Origin: Nanobdellati archaeon
GTDB lineage: Archaea; EX4484-52; GLR71
Assembly: GCA_019429005.1 (NCBI GenBank)
Contig: JAHYJR010000003.1
Location: 7,961 to 71,960 of the forward strand
Length of the DNA: 64,000 nucleotides
Direction of reading: 5' to 3'
The notes beneath the pieces were generated by a model, which saw nothing but the letters and a program-made list of their open reading frames with translations, was not told where the DNA came from and did not search any database. This document shows, piece after piece, positions 25,701 through 40,700 of the stretch (position 1 is its first letter; each line of letters starts with the position of its first letter). Made by a program: the position numbers and the translations under genes.

Positions 25701-28700
25701 TATTATCAATATGATACATACCCCTAATCTGTACTGTAGTATTTTCAATTAAAGAATTATTGAAAAAAGGATGACTTCCATTATAGAATATATAATAATC
25801 ATCAGGAGTCATAGTATCAGATGCATTCCAAATAATATTACATTTACCTGTAGCATCTGTTGTACAATTCGCAAAATAAATCATTGAAAGACTATCATTA
25901 TCATCAGAATATTGGAAACTTATATTTGCACTCATTATATTTGCATCATTCTCATCAAAAGCTCTTACAGTAATATTTGCAAAATACGGATTAAATGTGT
26001 CATTCCTATAAAATACAGAATTAATCAAAGACGTAATATTTATATAAAGGTCTCCAATAAGCGTTATATCTACTACAGATTCATTCATCTCAGTCTCATT
26101 ATAAAAAAGAGTCGCATTATCTGTAATATTACATTTTAATCTGTGGTCACCAACTATAGACATAGAAGTATTCCATATATATATCGCATTCCCGTAAGCA
26201 TCAGTTAAATTAGAGTAAATTGTATCAATAGGCGCATAAGTTAGACCATTATCAATTGAATCCCAGAAATATACTGGATAATTTGTAATATTTTCAGAAG
26301 AATGATTATCCTTAACATTACAGCTTATATTCAATTCTGTCCTTTGATATGAATCAGATAAAGGTAAAACTAAATTAATTTTAGACCATCCATATATTAA
26401 CACGTTTTGAGTGTCATTACCTGATACATAATAAGTCTTATTTACTGTTGCATTGACATTGAACAAACCAATCTTATGATAACTTGGACTTGAAAGATCC
26501 CAATATGTAAGAGTCGTTCCTGCACCATCAATAATTTCAACATTACTTGTAATATTTGTACTTGTCCAATTGACTGTAGTCCCTAAAATAATCTGACTGC
26601 ATTCATCACGAACAGTCGAATTTAACGTAACATAATCATATCTATATACAATTTCTTTTGGTACTCCTGATACTTCCGGCTTATCCATTGTAATATTTAA
26701 TGTACCATTAAGTGCAACTGTAGTATTATCAGATTCATAACCTCCTGCTTTAGGTGAATAATAAAGTGTTGAATTTGTATAGATTGTCACATTAAGATCA
26801 TGCATACCTACAACATAACTGCAACCAGAATCCCATGTATAATTACAAAGACCAAGATTATTTGTTGTTGAATTAAACTGATCACCTTCATCATTTCTCC
26901 AATTACAAACATAATCTGATACATTATCAGAAGCATCATAATAATTATATACTCTTGCAATAAATGTTACATTATCAGTTCTTAATATTGAGGTATCGCT
27001 CTGACTAATTATTTCAACAACAGCTCTACCATAAACATCAACAGATTTATTTATAGACGTAACTGGAACATCATATGTATTGATATCATCATAATATGAT
27101 TTAATAACAGATACATTTAACCAATAAGAACCTATATTTTGTGCATTATCAATTGTTGCAGTATCTGTTATATTTGAAGTGTTCAAAATCAAGGTTACAC
27201 CAGAACCTGTTTGATTTATAATTGTCCAATTCAGATATAGGCCGCTTGTCAGTTCATCTCCATTTTCACTTGTAATTGTACCATTAAACCAATAATTTTC
27301 TCCACGATACAATATATCTTCAGAAGATAGACTAACCTTATATTTACCCCTAACTTCAACAGTCAAATTATGGTAGATTGAATTTTCATAAAATGTTTTG
27401 TATGCATAATATGTAATATTATACAAACCAGGAACATATGTATCTGACGGATTCCAAGCTGGTGTCATAACACAACCCCCTGTAGTGTTTGTTAAACATG
27501 TTCCAACAACATCGCCCGTATAATTAAGGAAAGTTACAGTAACAAGATTAACAGGATTATTATTATCATCAAGAACATTAGCTACAAAAGTTGTGTTATA
27601 ATTAACAAAAGAATCATTACGATAAATCCATAATAATTCAGGATATGCTGAAACACTCAAAAATCCACTCATATTAATAGACTTAGATGAGACATTCCAA
27701 ACATCTGTAGCATGGTAATATAATGTGTCATTATCTAAAATTTTACACCTTAATGTATATTCACCAGGATTAATTTCAGTCGTATTCCAACTATACATTG
27801 CAATACCATTTACGGTATAATTTGTTCCAAGCACATTTTCAACAGTCCCATTATCTTCTGTAAATTGGACAGGATAAAGATTAGAAACAACATCTGTAGT
27901 ATTCTGATCTGTAACATTACATTTTATTAAAAGAGTTTCATTTCTATTATGTACATCATAAGCAGGTTCAACAAGAGTTACATTTGACCATCCATAAACA
28001 AATACATTCCTAGCTTCTATATCAAAAACATAATATGTCTTTTCTGCTAGAGCTTCAATCATTATAGGACCCAATTGATAATCATTCAATATTTCCCATA
28101 ATGTACCACTTCCACTCTGATCTGAAGTGACAGATGGCGTCCAAACCCATGTCAAAGTCACATCATCTGTAATATTACCATCACTTTCATTTACAGTATA
28201 AGATTGTAATGATTCATTACTACCCCTATGGAATATTTGAGTCTCATACACATTTGTTATATTTGTCTCTAAATTACCCCAAATACCCAATATATAAGTT
28301 TCAGTTAAAGAATCCGACCATGATGTCTTTGTAGCATTAATATATACAGTATAATTATTTGGTAAAATATCTTCAGTCGCATTATACTTGATATAACAGT
28401 CACCAGACAAATCTGTAATACAATCACAAACTTTATTTGTTGAATTGATTTCATTTACATTACCATCTATGTCAGTACAATTTCCAGATGGAAGATATAT
28501 ATGAACTACAGCATTTAAAACTGGCACACCTGAATCAGAAGTAACAACCTTTGAACTAATTTGTACTTCATGTGGACTATAACTATCATTTCTTACAATA
28601 GGATCCTGATCAAATATGATATTTGTAACATTAAGACCTGTTACCGCCATTGTAGTTGAATTTTGCTCATAAAGATATGATGCATTATAATATAATAAAA

Positions 28701-31700
28701 CTGAATCTGTGATATTACATTTGACTTCATGCTCACCACCACCTACACTTGTAGTATCCCATTGCCACATAGCATACTCAGATAAATTCGCTTTTTCTAC
28801 AGATTGTAATACATCATCAAGATAAAAAGAGACATCATAAAGTGGATCAATATTAACTTGAGAATTTATTGCAGTATCGTTGAACTGTATCAAACAAGAA
28901 ACATTAACAATAGAACCTGGAACAAATTCACTTGCAGGATTAAAACTTATATTTTTTATTTCAGTATAACGGTATATGTCAATATATGTTATATTCTGTA
29001 CTTGATTTGGATAAAATGCATTTACAGGATCTGACACTTTTATAGTTACAGGCAGTGTTTGATAATCATACCAGAATACAGAATATACAGTATCTTCAAC
29101 AGTTTTAATATCAGCTGAAATATACCATTTTATACTATGACTATTTGAAGGGAAACCGCAACTATCTTTAACTGTAGAAAATAAATTTATATCATCATCT
29201 TTATGATATATTGAATTATTTAGAGGCGAATCAATAATTATTGTAAGATTATCAATTAAGCTTATATTCTCAACATCATTATCATCAAAAATATCCCAGA
29301 ATTCACTACCTGTTGCTGTAAGTGATAAATTAGTCTCATAATTTCCAAGAATATGCGTACAATCTGAATTCCATGTCATATTACACGTACCATTTATATC
29401 TGTAAGACTTGATGTTATAGTTGAATTTATAATCCAACTACAATTAAATCCAGATAATGGATAACCTGTTACAGAAACACCGCCAGCATCAACTAAACCA
29501 CCTTCAATCAATGAAGGAAGACCTCTATAATAAATATTGCCTTCAGAAGTCATATTTATTATAAGAAGACCTTTAATTTTTAATGGAATATAATCTGTGC
29601 TTGAATCATTAAAGTATTGTCTTGTCGCATTAAAATAAATTGAATAATTCGCAGGATAAATATCGTCTGCAGGATTCCAGCTAATATTACATAATCCATC
29701 AACACTCATACAATTTCCAAGATAATATAAGGTCGAATTTTCAGTTGAATTATAATAAAAAGATACATTTGCACCAGAAACAAGATTATCGCTAAACACA
29801 TCAGTAACATTTGCTTCAAAAATAGTCTCATTAGGTACACCACTATTATATCTGTATACCACAGATTCAGATGATGTCACATTAACATTAAGAAGACCTG
29901 TAAGAGTTATGTTATAAGATGTTTCTGGTATTGACACATTATAATATACTGTTGCGTTATCTGTAATATTGCATGTAATTATATAAGTGCCAACATTATG
30001 ACTTGTTGTATCCCATGTAAATGTGCTATTTCCTGAACTATCTGTAAGTGTTGAACCTAAATAAACTGTTGTTCCGCTACTGTTTGTCTCCCAGAACATA
30101 ACCGGATAATCTTGAATATTCTCACTTGAATTAAGATCGCTGACATGACAGATTACATCAATATTAGATCTTGTCTTTGTCGAATTATATGGTGCTGTCT
30201 GATTAATTCCAGACCAACCATATATCCAAATATTTTTAACAGATGAATTTGTTGCATAAAATGTCTTGTTTCCTGTCGCATTAACACTATTTGCACCAAG
30301 CACAAAAAGATTGTCAAGAGCCCAGGATGCATTAATACTTGTATTAATCATAGCATTTGTTATATTAAACCAATTCAAAGTCACATCAGAATCATCAAAT
30401 ATAACACCATTTTCATCTGTAACTGTAGAATTTAATGATACTGTTTCAGTCCTATGATAAATATCCCAAGGATTTACAGGTGAATCAATTGTTATATAGA
30501 TTCTTCCAATCACTGTAAAATTATAAGGATCTGTTTTTGTATAAACACCAATTGTATCTTTTGCTTCAATTTTATAATACCATACACCTGGAAGTTCTGT
30601 AACATTGATGCTTACATTCCAAGTATAATTACCAGCTCCATCTGTTGTTGTATATGGATACTCGTGTAAATAAACATTACCTAAATCATCAGCTTCTTTA
30701 ACAAATAATTTAGGCCAACCAGCTTCAATACTACCTCCAAGACCAATACCATCATCATATACTGTAGCATAAATGGTTTGATTACTTCCTCTAAATATTG
30801 GATCCAATTCAACAGAAACATTCTCAATAACAGGCGGTTCTTGATCTTCACAAGCTGTCATACAACGATAACGTCCAACATAAGAATCAAAGAAAATCGG
30901 ACATGACCAAAACTCTTGAGCATCTGTAATACCTGTAGATAATAAAGTATCATTAACTTCAACTGTAATATCATACCGTCCACTATTTCGTGGTAATGAA
31001 CTAATATTTATTTCACCAGAACATACAGCTTTACCTGCAACTGGTACTGAAAGTGCGATTGTACTTGTAAGTTGCGATACGCCCGTTGAGATATTATTAA
31101 ATTTAACTAAACACCCTGTAGGACTTGCTGAGAATGTACTTACAGATGATGTGAAATTGACATTAATTGTGATATTCTCATCATCATCATACCTTACTCT
31201 TCCAGGATATTCTAAATCGGTTATATTATAGAATCCTTGAAGAATAGGTGGGATTAAAACATCAAATACCATAGAAGTCTCATTTATATTATATGCACCA
31301 TCAACAGACCGAACACTAAGATTATATGACCCTACACTAAGTCCAGTAAATGTAAATTCACAATCACGCACATCAACAGTACTATAAGTATACCATCCAG
31401 TCGTATTCAATTTAAATTCACAATGATGTATACCTGAATTATATAAAACATTATCTGAGGTATTCACTTTAACTGTAACATCTGGCCCATATAAAGCCCC
31501 AGATTCGGCCATTCTTGATACAAATGAAATATTATTTATTATTGGTTTGTTATTTTCAAGAACATAAACTGAAATAAACATTTCTTCAGCCCCATCAATA
31601 TTTCCAGCAATCTTAAATGTATAAAAACTATTATCAACAATAGCATCTGTAATTGGAAGCTCTATATTATATGTAAGATCAAGCGCTTGAGTTGATGGAT

Positions 31701-34700
31701 AACTTGTAGATTCGGCAAAGAATATTCCTGTTGAAATTCCTTTTGTAAATTCAGATGCACTTGGACCTGTAAGCACAGATTTTACAGAATTAGCACCGTT
31801 AACATTAAAATCTGCAGGTAAAGGTGATGCAGCAATACCAACCGAAAAACTTACACTACTAACCATTTCAGTCTTATTTGTAAATCTTATTGTCCAGTTT
31901 TCACCACGCCTTACAACATAATCATAATCAATATACACTTTAGATGCTGTTGACTCCCACTTGAATATGACATCATTTGTCTGACAATGGATTGTTAAAT
32001 CACAATCATTTGTCGCATCAGAACAATCCGCATCAGTTCCTGGTGATTCTGGAGTATCATCATTATCAACATTATCAACACACATATTTGGTCCATATTC
32101 ATCAGAAGGACAAGATGGTGTTCCAGCACAAGCATCATCAAGACAATCTATAAAACCATTATCATCATTATCAACACCATCATCACAAGATAACTCAATA
32201 TTAAATTCACAGACTTTACCATCTGGACCAGCAAAGCCATTACATTCAGATTCTTTACAATCTTTTAAATCAACATCAAAAGTCCTATCAAAATCATTAT
32301 CAATACCATCTGAACATGCATCAACAGATACATTTTCAAATTCCGGACAAACATTACAAAGACCAAATTGTTTATGGCAGTTTGGATCCTCACAATCCGT
32401 ACCATTTTTACCAACTTCATAAATACTATCTGCATCTGGATCATTACCATCATTATCGCCACCATCACGACAATATTCAGGATATTCATTAAATGCACAT
32501 ACAACACCCTGTGGACCCATAGAACCAATACAATCACTATCAGCACAATCAAAATAATAATCAAGATCATTATCTGTTGTGTCATTACATACACTTTCAA
32601 ACAAAGTATATGGATTATTAGAACAGATATAACTTCCATTTAAATATGTCGCACCAGCACAATCATAATCATCACAATCTGCCGCATCAAGACCACCATA
32701 ATTTGCAGTATAATTAGGTTTATTACGTGTCAAATTAGCTAAATCAAAATCATTATCATAACCATCTGTACAATTCAATTCAGTACCAATCTCACAACGG
32801 AACACAGAACCTGTAACATTTACATAAGATAAATGACAATCAGAATCATAATCATTTGCAATCCAATTACAATCTATACCGGCACCAACTGTTACATTTT
32901 TAATTGTACCATTTGTATTATAAGCATCTAAATCATTATCTATGAAATCATAACAAGTATTTGCCCCACTTGAAGCACAAGCGAAATCACAAGACTCAGT
33001 CACAGGACATGAACCTAAACCCCTACAATTATAATCATCACAATCTGAACCATTCAAATTAGAATATCCTGCAAAATGAATATTTGCAACACCCCAATCC
33101 TGATCATTATCAAAACCATCTGTACAATTCATTTCCCAAAGAAGCTGACAATCACCAAATGGTATTGGACTATGACTATCATTTATTGCCGTCATATTAC
33201 AATCAGCATCATAATTATTATATCGACAATCAATACCAGCACCAATTGACATGTTTCTCACACCACTACTGTATGAACTTCCCGGTTGCATTTGGAAATA
33301 ATCCATATCATTATCAATATTATCTGTACAGTTCTCACCAATTTCTTGTGATGGCACGATTCCTAAAGTTCTACATTCAACTTGACAATCATATTCTGCA
33401 TTTCCTGTACCTTGTAAAAAACCATAAACAGGATCTGTAAATCTGTCAGCTGTTGCAACAAGATCACAATCTTTAAGCTGATACTGATCATTATTGAAAC
33501 CATCTGTACAATTCAATTCTTGACGATATTCACACAGATGTAATGTGTCTGTATAATTACCTTGTCTCATATCACAGTTAATATCTTGACAATCTGCACC
33601 TGATACATTAAAATAATCATTATCAACAAGATCATAACATGTAGTCTCTGCAGGCTGACATAAACCTTGTCCATAATCAGATGAATTTGAAAGACTTATA
33701 TCAGAAAAACCACGATAATCTACACAATCTGCACCGCTGCATCCGGGATCCCAACAATCAGGATCAGCACAATCAACTAAATAATCAAGATCATTATCTT
33801 CTTGATATTGATTTAATGCCGTACGATCACGACAACCATCTGTTATATTATGTTCATAAAGCATACCTGTTGCTGTAGTCCCAATCTCAATTGTAAGATT
33901 TATCTGATTTGTAAGATCTATTTGAAGGTCTCTAGAAACTGCAATCGTATGAATTCCGATAAGACCCGTTTCATTAGGTATTATTATATTCATAGTCATA
34001 TCAAGATTACCGCAATAAGAAACATTATCTGTAGCTACTAAAAATGTAACTTCTGAAGTTCCTAATTCAATCACATAAGGGGTAAAACTAGATGATTCTG
34101 AAAGATTATTAATAAACACATTACTTCCACCAGGAAGAACAAGACCAGACGGTAATGGTTGAGTTCCAACACCAAGCATAAATTGAACCGTCCTATTATC
34201 ACTAGAACCACAATTTCCAACAGGTCCAACAAAACGAACTGTAAGATTACCACCCAAAGCAACATTTTCAGTATAATATACTTTAGTATCTTGTATACCA
34301 TCAATTGTCGCTTGACATACACCACCAGAACATGTCGGTGTAAGTGATAATAATCCAAAGACCATATCCATAAAACCAAAACTTACAAATTGTCCACCAT
34401 CTTTAGTACGATCACCATTAGAACCAGGCGGACAACTATAAACAATACCCGCACAATCAGCATCATCACAATCAAGACCATCTGTAGGATAATACAGACC
34501 ATTCAGATAATCTTTTTCTAAAAGTGATGCATCATTACATTCAAATTCAGTATAAGTTCCTGAATATTTCTTAAAAGCAAAATCGTAATCATTCTTAAGA
34601 CATGATTCTTCCATAAAATATTTATATGGAATATCACCTGTACACTTAAAAGCGTTAGAAATCTCATCCCAAGTTGACCAATCATTATTCAGATGTAATG

Positions 34701-37700
34701 TTGCATTTCGCAGTCTTCCATCACTTGAATTTATAAATATTGTATAACCTCCATCAGAACGCGTATTTGTTGCATCATCTGAAATAGTATAAGTCAAATA
34801 ATAGATACCGCCACCAGCATCATAATATGACTCATTATGACTTGGTCCATAATCAGAATCAATTAATGAAAAATTTGCAAAAAGATCAAGTCCTGGAACA
34901 CCAGCATCAAGTGTTAGATTGATTGTTGTCCCATCCTCATAAAACACCCTATTTTTTTCAACACCAACATCAATACTAAAGAAAACTGTAGAATTACCAA
35001 CATTACTTTCAGAATCATTAACATAGACAGTAACTGTATGTTGACCAACATCATAAATTGCAGTCATATTTGTTACATTGCAATCAGGTATTGTGATATT
35101 TGCTGCACCATCAAGAGAATATCCACACCAATCAACATACTCATTTACTGAAAAATTAAGAAGCACTAATGGTGTTGTATATGTAGCATTTATCGGTGAA
35201 TGTATAGTTATTATAGGCGGATTATTATCTGTAAAATTAATATATCTCTTACTTGGTGAAAAAGACACATTATAATTCAAAGTTTTATTCTCCAAAATAG
35301 TACAAGTAATATTATGGCTACCAAGATTTACAAAATAAGAGTTCCATGTATAATTAACATAACCAGAAGAATTTGTAAATAATGTTGCAATCAATGTATC
35401 AACAGTTCCATTATTATCACTGATATTGACCTGATAACCAGAAATACCAGTTGTAGTATTATCATCATAAACCATACAAGTTATATTTATTATATCTCTA
35501 GGTAATACATCATCAACATCTGGTGCAGGTGATATCTCTGTAACATTAACAGCAACCCAACCATATATTTCAACATAACGTTCAAGTACAATTGGTACAA
35601 AACCCGTCTTATTAACATAAATACTTATTGTCTCATTAAAAGGTACAGTTCCAACAGGTATACTCCAAGTTGAATTTATAATTGAACCAATTGTAACATT
35701 CAAACTATTTTTCCATGTAACATTTACTTCAGAATCTAATAACGGAACACCTGCATCCGTCGTTACTGAAGAATTCAAATAATGTGAAAGACCTTTATAA
35801 CGTATATCTCCATCACTTACAGGATTAATAATGTTTGCAAATATAGAACCCTTAATATCAAGAGATGCAGTTACAGTTTGAGAACTAATCCAAAGTGGTC
35901 TTGATGCATTCACATAAAAATCATATAATTTAGGGAAAATTGTATCATTAGCATTAAAATCAATAGAACAATAACCAACTGAATCAGTTGTACAATTACA
36001 ATGATCAACAGTCTCATTTATATATTGCCCATTACCACAAGAACCGGTTGGACCATATATACTTACAATAGCACCTTCAACAAAAACAGAATAACCCTCT
36101 TCATCTGTAGTATTAACATATATATCTATATAGGTTTGATACGGTATGATATCAGTACGATAAATCCATGGAGAACCAATTTCTAATTTAGATATATTTA
36201 ATTGGGTTGCAACAACACCAATTGTAGAATTTGATCCAGATGAAACATTATAATAATATGGTGCTTGACGAGTATTATTAATTAAACAAGAAACATTATG
36301 CCAACCACCATAATATCCTGTAGTATCCCAAGACCATATTGCAAAAGATGTTAAATTTGAAATATTAGTATACTCATAAGTATTATCAACATAAAAATCA
36401 ACATTATAACCACTAGGAACAATCACACTTTGATTCAAATCTGTAACTTCACAATAAACACCGATGACATCATTTCTTGTAACTTCTGATGGATTAATTA
36501 ACATTCCACCAACATTTGAAAAACGATATAACATCAACTGTGTCATATTAGTGAAAAGTCCAGGATAATAGGTACCATTAACATTTGCAGTTATATTGAT
36601 AGGACCTCTTCCGGAAATATCTGCAACCCAACTATAATTCGCATATGAACTACCAAAATCAACTATTACGCCATTATTAGAAAAATTATCTGCATATATC
36701 CAAGATACTTGATAATCATTAGTTACATCAAATGAACATACAGATTCAATTATAGTTGAATTTAACCAATAATTATAATTATAATAAATTTCAGAATTTT
36801 GATTTGGACTATCTATAAATACCGTCAGATTATCTATAACAGTAATATTACCCATAACATTATCATCAAAAATATCCCAGTATTTATAATATGTCTGATT
36901 CATATATGAAATATTCACAAGATATGAACCTACACCAATAGAACATCCATCAGACCATGTATAATTACAAACACTATCTGTCCCCGTTAACGTTGTACCA
37001 GTTGAATCAAATGGAGATATTTCCCAAGAACAATTATAATCTGAAAGACCATACGCTGATACTGATAAATTAGCCTCATCATAAAGCTCAGCAAAAACAT
37101 TAATATCGCCATCACGATAATATCCCATATCTTCAGAAGTCAAATTAAGATGAAGAATACCTTTAACTTCAACACTACCATATTCAATCTGTAATATATA
37201 AAACAATTTTGTTGCATCATATTGTATTGAAATATTTCCAACTGAAGTATATATTGAAGGATTCCACAAGAAACTACAAGTACCCGTATTATCAGTTGTA
37301 CAATTTCCAAGATATTCTGAATCAGCTGTATTTGTAAAAACAACCGTTGTCTCATTAAGTATTTGTGATCGATTATCTGTAGCATTGACATTAAAAGTTA
37401 CATTATACGGATAACCTTTTGAGATTGCATACGCATCATCACGATAAATCAGATTATTATCCATTGAAATATTAATCAAAATTATTGTTGTAACAATAAT
37501 ACCCTGTTCACTATCATCAGTTTCATTAATACAGCCAAAATCTGCGGGATAATCTACATAACCATCATCATCATCATCAAAACCATTATTACATTCTGGA
37601 GACCATTCACGCGTATCATTTGCATCATCACAACCCCATGTATCATTTATGAAATCCGCAACACCGTTACCATCATCATCAAAACCATTATTACATTCAG

Positions 37701-40700
37701 GAGACCATTCCCAAATATCATCTGCGGATGAACAACCATAAAAATCCTCAGGCCAATCTATAAGACCATTACCATCATTATCAATACCATCATTACATTG
37801 AGCGATAGCTTCACTTTCATGAAATGGATCATAAGAAGATATATTTGATGCATTAAAATCAGTATGACATTCCGGATCATCAATATCAGAAAAGGTATCA
37901 AAATCATTATCCCATGTATCATTACATTGCGGTGTCCCTGAACCAAAAGTGCCACCTTCATCATTATCATATTGATCTGTACAATCGGGATCAGCTGGAA
38001 GACCACTATTATTATTATTGTCCTGCCAATCCATAGTTCCATCATTATCATTATCAATACCATCATTACATTGCGGAGTCACACCACCAGGGCCTGAACC
38101 ATCACCACCACCGCCACCAGTACCAGAAGTTGAATTACCTGCACCACCCCATACTAAAAGATAAACCTCTGGAAAATCAAAAATCTGACACTGAATTACA
38201 TTTTCAGTTCCACCTACAGGAGACCATAACCATGTTGCAATACCTGCTGAATTTGTAACACTTACTCCAAGCACAATCCCATTATTCAAAAAAGTTACAT
38301 TGTATCCACTAATATGCTCATTATTAATATAATCAAAAACATTACAGCTCAAAGTATAAGTAACATCTTCATATACATATTGAGGTAGTGATGTCGCACT
38401 AACACTTGCCCAACTCCACACAGTTATATTATAATATGTTTTAGAACTATTATATAATGGTCCTGCAGCCTCAACAGACCATGTCACATTACCCCTAGTC
38501 TGATAAGATGAACAATAACTACCAACACAACCCGTATTTCTATATTTTACATCAGATGAAAACATAGAATAATTACAATAACCATTAGAATCTGAAAGCA
38601 CCTCTCGTGCAGGACCTTCAATTGATAAATTATTATCAGAACTCATATTAGTTAAAAGTACTCTATAACGACAAGTCGCATTTTCAGGATATGTCTCTGT
38701 ATAATTATCATAGATTCTAACAGATAACATAGAAGATATATCATTTCTAAATATTTCGGAAGGTGCATCTAAATATGTAATCTCAGAATCATGAGATAAT
38801 ATTCTTGGATACCATTCATTTGACGGATTAGTAATTGTATCATTTATCAAAACAAGATCATCATCAGTAAGATGCAAACCATCTGAACCAAACCAATCAT
38901 GGAACCCATTACCGCCATCCGAATCATTTGTACCAGTAACATTATAATCAATATATGTCAGATTAAATGATATTGATTTTTCTTCACATAAATTATAATT
39001 ATGCTTAGAATCACATGATGTACCAATCCAACTCTTATTTACAGACACATTAAAAGTCACATAATCTATAACTGATGAATCAATTGTGATACTCTGTGAT
39101 AAATAATTTCTGATACTAAATGTCAAGTTTACATAATCATTCTCATAATCAGTAATATTATAAGAAACACTAAAATTCATTACACTATCATTCCAATAAA
39201 ATTCAGATGGACTGACCGTAGTTGCTGTAATAACAGGTGGATAATTATATCGACCGCCAATAGCATAAGTTACATTTTGATTTAATAAAATATCACCTGT
39301 AGCATTCCCGGTTCTAGGTTGTACAACCTTAACAAAATCAATTACACCATTTCCATTCGTATCTTCTGAACAGATAAACCATGTGTTCAAATAATCAATA
39401 TCCGACCAAGTACCACATGTTCTTATAGATGATTTAGCACCACAACAAGAACCAGTAGGATTTTCCCAATAATCAATAAGATACACACAATTTGATTTGA
39501 TATTACCTTTTTCAGGACCTTCAAGGCAAAGATAATCATTTACATCATGATCTACAACACCATACCTAGGCCCACTACTCCAACAATCAGTATAAACACT
39601 ATCTGTACAACCCCATATACACGCACCCTCACCAATTGAATACGCATTATCTGAACAAATATCACTCACAGTATTATAACGACCAACAGATTCATTTATT
39701 ACTTGATAATTATAATATGTAGTAGTACTACTAGGATTGCAAAATTTTTGTGTATAAAACGATTTCTGTGGTATAAATGATGGATTAGAACATCCTATCT
39801 GATTAAAAAGTGTGAGATCTAAACCTTTAACTCCTGAAGGTTGATCCGTATATAAACCAATATTAGTTGTATTTAAATAATAGGTCGCAGGATTCCCTAC
39901 ATTATCCCAATTAAGTAATTTTATATAAGGTTGATCAATAATATTGATTGTATCGTTATCATCAATACTTGTCGTAAACATTAAATTATAAAATACTTGA
40001 GTTTCTGTACTTCCATTTGGATTTCTAAATATAGTCACATTCTTTTCAGCAAATTCTCTATATTTAACATAATCTGTATCATTTGACCATGCAACAACCT
40101 CAACAGGCATAGAATTATCCCAGAAATAGAACTGTGAATAATTCCATAAATCCGTAACATTCACACCAGAACTTTTTACAGTAAAGTCTTCAATATCACA
40201 TTTTTCTTGAGAATTAAGATAAAAATCTTTATTAATACTACAATTTACTGCACCAGATCCCATCTGAATATCATATACATTCACATCAAAAAGAACACGA
40301 CTTAAATTTTCAAAAGTAATATTCAATGCTTTTGCAGGATATTTCTGATTGACTCTTATTAAATCAAGATATACAGGAACACCTTCAATAACAATAGTAT
40401 TCTTTGCAATCGAATCATTCAAAGAAATATTTCTACTAAAACTACCATTCCATAACCAATAAGCTTCCATATTCGACTGTGCGGCTTCTGATATGTTATA
40501 AGTATAATTAAAAGTAGTATCCTCAATAACAATACTTCCTTTCTTATCTCCCGAATAATTCGCAAACCAAGAATATATAATATTACAGGTTTCATTAATA
40601 GGACACTCTGATATTGATGCAGTTGATAAACGATTACTTATTGAAGATGTTGTATTATATTCAAGTACATCATATCTAAGTCGACCATCATAAGACCATT

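Noticed and set aside
32265-32643. Overlapping ORFs on both strands (124 aa and 91 aa) rich in Ile/Leu/Val, plus similar ones at 33084-33440, 33681-33878, 34071-34379 and 37758-38066
   Set aside because: They lie inside the giant minus-strand CDS, in GAT/AAT-rich Asp/Asn repeat DNA. Their translations are low-complexity hydrophobic strings typical of antisense frames in AT-rich repeats. There are no start-context signals.
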